From assembly GCF_032062105.1 (NCBI RefSeq), contig NW_026926978.1, positions 1-64,000 of the forward strand: 64,000 nt of DNA. The letters are read 5' to 3'. Shown here piece after piece: positions 56,076 through 64,000 of the stretch (its first letter is position 1; each line of letters begins with the position of its first letter). The position numbers and the translations under genes were made by a program. This DNA is from Saccostrea cucullata (Eukaryota). The notes under the pieces are model-generated. The model searched no databases. It had not been told where the DNA came from and saw nothing but the letters and a program-made list of their open reading frames with translations.

Positions 56076-57737
56076 ATACCTTTATGAAGACGGGACAACT
56101 TTTGCGGGGGTTGAAATAGTGATATATTTTTTAATTTGACGAAATTAAAAACTTTTGCCTTGTAGTCTATCGTTCGAAAATTGCACAAAATGGTGTATTT
56201 TATGGCCGTAATACTATCGGGATCGTGATGTAAAGTGAGTCTTCGTGTCAAAGATGTTTACGTCTCCGTAAAAACTCTCACTTCTGGGGCAAGATAACGC
56301 ACCTGCAAAGATCCACATACAATTTAATTAGCCACCGAGTACCCCATTAAAACGACAACTCGCCGTTTTATCCCCCTCTATATCAATCAAACTCGCCAGT
56401 ATATTCCCCTTGCGCAACAAAGAAATGTGTTTCTTAACACGTAGCACAGCCATTTCATTTAAATTTTCAAAATACTTAAATGCGATGCTTCTGTCAGTTT
56501 TACTCGAGGTTGACAAGAGAGCATGAAAATTTCCTCCCTACCACATTAAAGTAGAGGGATAAAAGTCTTTTCACATAGATAGAGCCCGTAATGATGCCTA
56601 CGATGATATGGACGACGATAAAAATTCGCTGATGACTCTCCGAGATTGAAATATTTGTTGACATTTGTTCAGACCTTCAGAAATGTAAATCATCTTGTTA
56701 GAAGCTTTATTGGTAACAAAACGCTATAAAAATACAAACAATTTTGCCACTTAATTCCATATCAACCTGTTTTCTGTATATCAAAATAACAACATTTAAC
56801 ATTAATCTGCATACAAAGTGAAAATTCAATCAAGTTTCAAGCCAAATTTCACTTCGTGAAATATTCTAGTCTAGGTAAACTAATTGTTTGTCGCATTGAT
56901 GGTCTCACACCAAATGGTTTGAGTGGGAGGTCAAACGACTTGCGTGACTTTAGGCTAGAAATATTCACCTAATAAAAAAAATTGTCACATGTCATGCTTT
57001 TTGTATTAGTAAATAGACATTTGAGAAGTGGATTACATTACCCCCTTCTGTAATATTTCAATTAAAAACAAAAAAATAAATTAAAAAAATGCATGCTCCT
57101 CATGGGTTCTAGATAGTCATGCTCTACCCCAATAACGTTCAATATGATAAATAAATTAGGATGTACAAAATATTTAACCATCAAAGCGAAATCAGTAACA
57201 TTATTGGTAAATTACATACAAATACAAGGAAACAATAATTATAATACCAGGTATAGCAACCACATCCTATTTGTTGTACTGTAATGTACATGAAATATAA
57301 AGTACCCGGTACTCAAGGATAAAATTATAACTGGGAAAGAACTATATGCGGTATATTGCATATGTTTGCCCCCACAAAAGTCAAATTTTGAAAACTTCCT
57401 GAAATGTGCTGAATTCAATAAATTGTACGAGAAATATAAGTTAACAGAAAATATTATAGTTCCAGAGCAGTGTATTCACAATTTCTGTTTTTATGACGTC
57501 ACAAACTATTCCGATTTTATATCCTTTTTCAGAGAGAGGACAAAATGGACAAAATTTCAACAATTTAAGCTTTAGAATTTATAGAGCGCATGTGTGTTCA
57601 GGAACAATATTGACATATTTCATTGATATTATCATTCTACACATTATATCAAAATATTAATCCTGAACACACATGCGCTCGGTGACTTTTATTTAAAATA
57701 TCGACGAAATATGTACATTTTTCTGCAAAATTCATAA

Positions 57738-59961
57738 AAAGTACGTAAGGGTTGCCCGCAACCCTGTGTCTCGCCTGCTGTCGCTGTGGTTAGTAAGAAA
57801 TGATTGTCTGATAAACTGAAGCATTTATTGACATTTCAGAAGGAATAACTCAAAAAGTGGATCGAGTCATTTTGCTGGTTTTTAAAGAGATATTGTCATG
57901 GACTTAATAAGAACTGTAAAACGTTTCTATCTGGACTGACTATAGGTATATTTTATATGGATTTAATATATAACTTTTGCATACTGATGAACACAACATT
58001 TTCCTCTTAGTCAATGAAAAGATGCTGAAATGATTTTAATGAATTACATACATTGTAACATGTCAAGAAAGTTTTAAAATGTTGAAGTTATATTTACTTG
58101 ATTAATATCTGGAGTCATGTGTAATGCACTGCATATGCCAACTGGTAAACAGAATAATAGTATAAGCAATGAGTTGTATGTTGATGCAAAGGTAACATAA
58201 ATTTAGTATTTAATATAAATGAGAATAAAGAAATATGAATATAAATGAGAATAAAGAAATATGAATATAAAGAAATTTCCATTTTACAATCCTTCAATAT
58301 AAATTTAGATATATATATGTATATATTTTTAATTCTGCATATTCACAATTATGATAAAGGCAGTGATGATCTGATGAAAAACATGTTGAACATTTCATAA
58401 AGTACTGTAATCGATGAGTTAATAACTGTGATCATGCAAAATGTTTTGGTGCATTTAATAATACCTGCAAAAAATAAATGCTATAAGGAGAAGTTAGAAT
58501 TAATTATTATTAATATTAAGGGCTTTTGCAGGAAAAAATACGGAACTCCATTTTTATTTTGGGGAACCACCAACAGAATTTTATTTGTTTTCTGTAATGA
58601 CTAACAATAGTGATACTGGTGAAACACCCCCACTTAGGTTTATAAAATTTAATGGAGACATCCTTATAACATTTTTTTCTGGAAGAGCCCTAAAGGGATA
58701 ACAAATGTTCTCACAGAACCCTTGTTGAAAATGCCTTCATTACATGCACACAATCAAGATTAAACATTTAATAGAATTCCTGCATTTTGAAATCAAATCC
58801 ACTGTATATGTATCAAGTCATTCATGCAGAAAATGTAGGTGAAGATTACCTAATTATGGTACTGATATTGTTGGTTACCCATGATGTGTCTGATAAATTA
58901 TCATGCCACTATAAGTTATAGTTGCTGAGATATGGACCTCCACCATAAATTTATGCAAAGTCACTCATGCGGAAAAATGTAGGTCAAGATGACCTAATTC
59001 TGGTACAGGCGTTTGTGGTTACCCATGATGTATCCACTGACAAATTATCATGCCACTATAAGTTATAGTTGCTGAGATATGGACCTCCACCATAAATTTA
59101 TGCAAAGTCACTCATGCGGAAAAATGTAGGTCAAGATGACCTAATTCTGGTACAGGCGTTTGTGGTTACCCATGATGTATCCACTGACAAATTATCATGC
59201 CACTATAAGTTATAGTTGCTGAGATATGGACCTCCACCATAAATTTATGCAAAGTCACTCATGCGGAAAAATGTAGGTCAAGATGACCTAATTCTGGTAC
59301 AGGCGTTTGTGGTTACCCATGATGTATCCACTGACTAACTATCATGCCACTATAAGTTATAGTTGCTGAAATATGAACCTCCATTATCAATTTAACCAAA
59401 GTCATTCATGCAGAAAAATGTAGGTCAAAATGACCTAATTCTGGTACTGATGTTGTTGGTTACTTATAACCTGTACAATGACAAATCATCATGCCATTAT
59501 AAGTTATAGATGCTGAGATATGGACCTCCACCAAAAATTTAACCAAAGTCACTCATGCAGAAAAATGTAGGTCAAGATGACCTAATTCTGGTACTGACGT
59601 TTGTGGTTACCCATGATGTATCCACTGACTAATTATCATATCCCTATAACTTATAGTTGCTGGAATATAGGTCTTCACCATAAATTATCATGAAAAAACT
59701 AAGTCCAACTTAAGGAAAAAATACGGAAAAATTTGAATTTTTTTTTTCAAAATCATACTTGGGATATAAATTTTTATCCATACTGAATATTGTGTCCAAA
59801 TTTCAAGAAGACTGAATAAAATTTGAGAAAGTTATTGCAGTTTATAAAACTTTGACATTTGGGTTAACCAAAAGTTGGACGCCGACGACGACGACGACGA
59901 CGACGGAATCTATGGTCGCTATGTCTCGCTTCGCGACATTCGTCGCAGGCGAGACAAAAAC
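57738..59961. mobile_element. Second HINE family carrying a 147-bp tandem repeat
   Basis: Palindrome agggttgc-cc-gcaaccct (57748-57765), subTIR tgtctcgcctgc (57767) / gcaggcgagaca (59945), inner IR tgtctcgc (59922), (GAC)n microsatellite at ~59884-59905. Confidence 0.82.
58813..59690. repeat. 147-bp tandem repeat, ~6 units
   Basis: caaattatcatgccactataagttatagttgctgagatatggacctcc... recurs at 59041 and 59188 (period 147); central units near-identical, edge units diverged. Confidence 0.92.
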
Positions 59962-60552
59962 TGAAATTTACGTCATATTTGTGACGTCATTACGTACATA
60001 TGACGTCATTACTTATGAAATTATTCAGTGCTTTGAAGTCAGCATATACTCCCCTGTTTCAGGACTTAATTAAATATTACTCCATCAAAGTTTGATTTTG
60101 GGGGGCAAATGTTGGTTAATACCGCATATAGTTCTTTAAACTTAATAGGTAAAAGTAACATATATACAAAAGTTTAAAAGTTTAGTCTACAATAATATGT
60201 ATTGTATGTGGTTGGTGATTGGGTTTCCCTATCAAGATGTATAATTGTTCATACTTCCTTTTCACTAGAAGTCCCCATAAAATTACATAAAATGATTTTA
60301 AAATACATGTTAAAAAATAATACATGTTAAAATGATATAGCATTCAAATTTGTTCCGTTATTTACGGGATGTTCATCAGAAAATTATTACACTAAAACAG
60401 ACGAAAAGGACAATACAAAGACATCCTTATAACAATGAAAACTGTAATTAACTTTCAACTTTTGGATTTCTCTCTTTTAAAGTACATGTATACAAAGTTT
60501 CAATATAGAAATACCACAATAACAATTAATCAGAGTTAAAGAATAATAGAGC

Positions 60553-62520
60553 TTACAGCCTTGTAATTACGACAAACATTAAAGACAGTACCAAGGCATT
60601 AACACGGTAATTTGTCTGCCCGGACAAGTAAGCATTTTGTGCATAAATCACTGCGTTTCCTCCAGCGACCTTCCGTTTGGAACTAAAAGCAAAATCCATC
60701 GTTAGCGGCTGTCTTGCCATGTTTTCCTCACGTGCATGTACTGACTCGGTCACCACCATTGATGTAAGCGGCGTCACAAACTGGTACGCCAAGGACATGT
60801 TTAAGGCCAGGTCGTGGTACTGCTTTTTCTGCATTTCGTTTTCAGCCACTAGTTTCATTTTTAAAAGTTCTTTGATTCTAGAAAATGCCCAGTATCTCTC
60901 GGCAAAGTCAGCGGTGACCCCCGGCACGTCCAAAAGATTCTTGGGCGTGGTAATGAATTCTAGACTCCCAGATCTTTGTCCGCTTTCGCCTTCTCCTATC
61001 ACCTTCGCCTGCCATTCGGCCGCTGAGTTCTCTCGTAGTTTTCCCGCCACAACCAGCTCTGAGCCATTAAAATATTGCGGGAACTTTCTTTCTGTGACGT
61101 CACCCTCCTGGACAACTGTGGGAGTGTATTCCATTCGGACATCTACTAGTAGGGGAGTAGAGATCTCCTCGTAAAAGGTTTCCAGCTGCTCAGCTGCGTC
61201 AACTTCTTCATAGATCTTTCGAGCAAATCCCCCATTTTCATAAGCTAACCCTTCTAGAAAAGACATGTCAACATTGTGACCGAATCCTAAGGCAAAAATG
61301 GACGCCAAACCCTCGTTCTTTCTCTTTACGTTCAGTCGGATATTTTGGGTTTTAGTTTCTCCTGCAGTTGGGTGGCCGTCTGTTAAGAACACTATTATTT
61401 TCCCTCTAGTGTCCTGAGTATCTTGTATATTCAACAAAAGATCAACAGCGTCCAGTAGAGCTGAGTTTATATTCGTACTGCCTCCGACAACTAATGTCTC
61501 CTCGGCGTACCCTCGCGCAGCTCTAATATTCGAGACTGTTGCTTTCTGTGGTCTACTTTGCCATAACGTTATTCTGTTGTCGAACAGCAAAATGTTAAAG
61601 TAGTCTTTCTCTCGAAGTTTTCCTAAAATTACTTGCATCACTTTCCGAACTTTTGCTATTTTGAATCCATGCATTGAGCTGCTTATATCAATGACAAAGA
61701 TTATATTCTTGGGCAACGTTTCAAGCCCACTTGGTGAGAAATAATGAACAAAATAACCGTTATGAACCAAAACGACACCCCCGTCATCTTGGTGATTGAC
61801 GTCATATGATATAACAAAGTCCCCCCGGATCCCCTCCCCCTTGTTAAATGTTCGCTGTTGCTCCATTGTAGGTCGGAACTCTAACTCCCTCTTCTTTGGC
61901 GTGGCTCGGATATCGACTGCAGAGGAGGAGCTCTCCCTTTGCTGTCTTTGATTTGGAAGGATGTATGTTAATGTCTGAATACCCTCTGGTTCCTCAACCG
62001 TATAAGAAAGCGACATATTGGGAACAATTTGCATTGGTTCCACGTGGATCTTTTGCTGAAATTGTCCGAGTTTCCTCTTTATTACTTCTTGGTAAGTAAG
62101 TTTGAATTTGGCGGTGGACTTTGCCGCCACGTTTATATAAACAGCAAAATTCTCCATTTCTCGGCCTGGGATAGAGGGAGTCTGACTGATTTTACCAGCA
62201 GAAGTGCCGGAGGCTTTGGCCTGATCATAGGATTTGTCTGCTGCAGACTTCTCTTGAACAAGACCTCGCAAGGTTTTGTTGTTTGTTGTCATTTGAAATC
62301 CAGAAATAAAACCTGACATTGGAACCTGTACGGCAAACATTACCTCCTGATTCTCACTGTTAGTGTTTTTAACCACTGTTGTCACGGTCACTTCGCTAAA
62401 ACGTGCAAAAGTCTTGGCAACAATTGCCATTTCTGTTATTTGAGAAGGCAAGGTAATGCTGTCTTCACTGGATACATGATGAAGAAAAGCAAATAACGTC
62501 AAAAATCTCAACAGCCCCAT
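60553..62520 (-). CDS. Inter-alpha-trypsin inhibitor heavy chain-like protein (signal peptide-VIT-vWA), 655 aa, intronless CDS
   Basis: ATG at 62520 gives MGLLRFLTLFAFLHHVSS; VIT-like region; NGYFVHYFSP; vWA MIDAS IIFVIDISSSM, GGSTNIN, IVFLTDG; YFNGSELVVAG; ERYWAF; YQFVTPLTSMVV; hydrophobic C-terminus. Confidence 0.92.
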   Translation of the reverse strand: MGLLRFLTLFAFLHHVSSEDSITLPSQITEMAIVAKTFARFSEVTVTTVVKNTNSENQEVMFAVQVPMSGFISGFQMTTNNKTLRGLVQEKSAADKSYDQAKASGTSAGKISQTPSIPGREMENFAVYINVAAKSTAKFKLTYQEVIKRKLGQFQQKIHVEPMQIVPNMSLSYTVEEPEGIQTLTYILPNQRQQRESSSSAVDIRATPKKRELEFRPTMEQQRTFNKGEGIRGDFVISYDVNHQDDGGVVLVHNGYFVHYFSPSGLETLPKNIIFVIDISSSMHGFKIAKVRKVMQVILGKLREKDYFNILLFDNRITLWQSRPQKATVSNIRAARGYAEETLVVGGSTNINSALLDAVDLLLNIQDTQDTRGKIIVFLTDGHPTAGETKTQNIRLNVKRKNEGLASIFALGFGHNVDMSFLEGLAYENGGFARKIYEEVDAAEQLETFYEEISTPLLVDVRMEYTPTVVQEGDVTERKFPQYFNGSELVVAGKLRENSAAEWQAKVIGEGESGQRSGSLEFITTPKNLLDVPGVTADFAERYWAFSRIKELLKMKLVAENEMQKKQYHDLALNMSLAYQFVTPLTSMVVTESVHAREENMARQPLTMDFAFSSKRKVAGGNAVIYAQNAYLSGQTNYRVNALVLSLMFVVITRL

Positions 62521-64000
62521 GATTTTGATTAATTTATATAGGATACACAATGTTTTACAATGTAGCACTTCTACTTTCGTTTTCACATTCCTCTATAAAC
62601 TGTTTGCAAAGCCCATAAAGGAATTAATGTACACATTGTTCTTCATGATTAAAACAGAAAGAAATGTGTAGCAAGTAGAAATACACAACATATATAGGCG
62701 TATAAATCCTGTCAAACCAATCTGGAAACACGATCAGTAAAAAAAAATGTCTAGCGCCCTTATTGATTTTGATGTTTAAAATGCAAAGTGTGGTGGGTAA
62801 ACTCCGATTAATCCGGAATACCTAAACTGTTATGAAGCTTCACAGAAACGTAGTAATTTTTACTACATTCAATTGATTGAAAATAAAAATTCACCAAAAA
62901 TGAAATTAAATAAAACAATAAAAAAGGTAAATTTGTAAAATGAATTGTATCTGCCATGATACCGAATGAAAATATACCCCACAAATATAGCTTTTTCAAA
63001 TTTAATATCTGACTCTATAGACATTCTTCCCGCCTTGTCCACAACCACCCCCCCACCCCCCCATCTTCTTTGACATCCTCTTAATATTTTTCTAAAAAAA
63101 TATTAGATTAAAATACAGTCTCCAGTTCGGCTCAACGTTTATTCAAATAGTCCTAAAATTTGATTTTCTCGATTTACTTTTCATTCACCAAAGCATACAC
63201 GTATATTTTGTCCTTATTGTTTAATTTTATTCGTAAGTTCCAGTTTTTTTTATTTTTTAAATTCATATTTCTTTGGAGATTAAAAATAAGTTTCTCGGTT
63301 GCAATATTCCATTGATGTAAACGATACAGGAAACACACATCTCTATCGCGAAATCCCATTAGAACGCCATTATCGTTCGATTGATGATCTTGTACACGGG
63401 TAATAAAAGATGGTATAAGTGCTATCCCGTGCTAAATTAAAACACTGTTCAACAACTAATTAATCATCTCCCGATTTGATTGGTGGTCTTGTTGACGGAA
63501 CCATTTCGGATGGCTACTGTCTGGTATCGCCATCGTCCGCTGGCGGGGCTACTAGTTTACAGGTATGCCTAATGACAGGAAAATAGCTGATAATGTTTAT
63601 ACGATCCTCAGCCGCTACGCAGTTAACGTTTGGAATATTTCAAAGGCTACGGCGGAATAAAGCTGAATGATTTATGAACATCTGTAAGAACTCTCGATTA
63701 AATGAGTTTATATTATAGAAATAAACAACCGAGATCGCACAAGAAGGGGGTACACAATCTCAGCAATAAAACAAAAATATTAGCCATGAAAAGTCAACAG
63801 ATTTGGAGTATTACATCAACTGATACTCTGTCATAAATATCAGTGTACCAAGTTAATACCTCCTCACTAAAACAAAGCCGTTTATCGTTGCAAAACAATG
63901 TGCGTTCATGTTTGTTTCAAATATCATGCAATTAAAGCATTTTGAAAATTTAAACAGTAAGCGTTTGCAATATAACAAATACATTTGCTATCTAATACAT

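Larger units (their letters stand above)
57365..60110. mobile_element. TIR/foldback-type element hosting a HINE insertion
   Basis: tttgcccccacaaaagtcaaattttga (57365) versus tcaaagtttgattttggggggcaaa (60086-60109); tgacgtcacaaa / tttgtgacgtca internal inverted match; internal 20-bp perfect hairpin 57584-57680. Confidence 0.6.

Noticed and set aside
56625-56690. ctgatga...gaaa as a hammerhead ribozyme core
   Set aside because: Stem II does not close next to GAAA, and no convincing stems I/III or cleavage triplet.
62521-62586. N-terminal extension of the ITIH-like ORF (and similar non-ATG starts at 48990, 14921, 19868, 24815)
   Set aside because: The ORF track used GTG/TTG starts; the eukaryotic ATG or spliced starts fit better (signal peptide, conserved first exon).

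Overview
AT-rich, intron-containing animal DNA, most likely an oyster (Ostreidae), judged from Cg170-like satellite-carrying Helentron/HINE elements; the species cannot be fixed from the sequence. Gene models were built by hand from GT-AG boundaries and reading-frame phase. Left to right: (1) the 5' part of cap methyltransferase CMTR1 (minus, runs off the left edge); (2) an uncharacterised 602-aa single-coding-exon gene (plus); (3) two tandem paralogues of an unrecognised ~660-aa basic protein (minus); (4) two tandem 8-exon aldose 1-epimerase/GALM-like paralogues (minus); (5) an Hlx homeobox gene (minus); (6) an ITIH-like VIT-vWA gene with an intronless CDS (minus). Between them lie HINE elements, MITEs (some nested), a truncated LINE and a Penelope-like element with inverted copies. 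The most notable observation is that both mutarotase paralogues keep the catalytic His/Glu but share two radical changes at sugar-binding positions (Arg->Val, Asp->Phe), suggesting a different substrate. Next are the orphan paralogue pair with K50-homeodomain-type sites upstream and the truncated, possibly GPI-anchored ITIH-like gene. No database searches were run.
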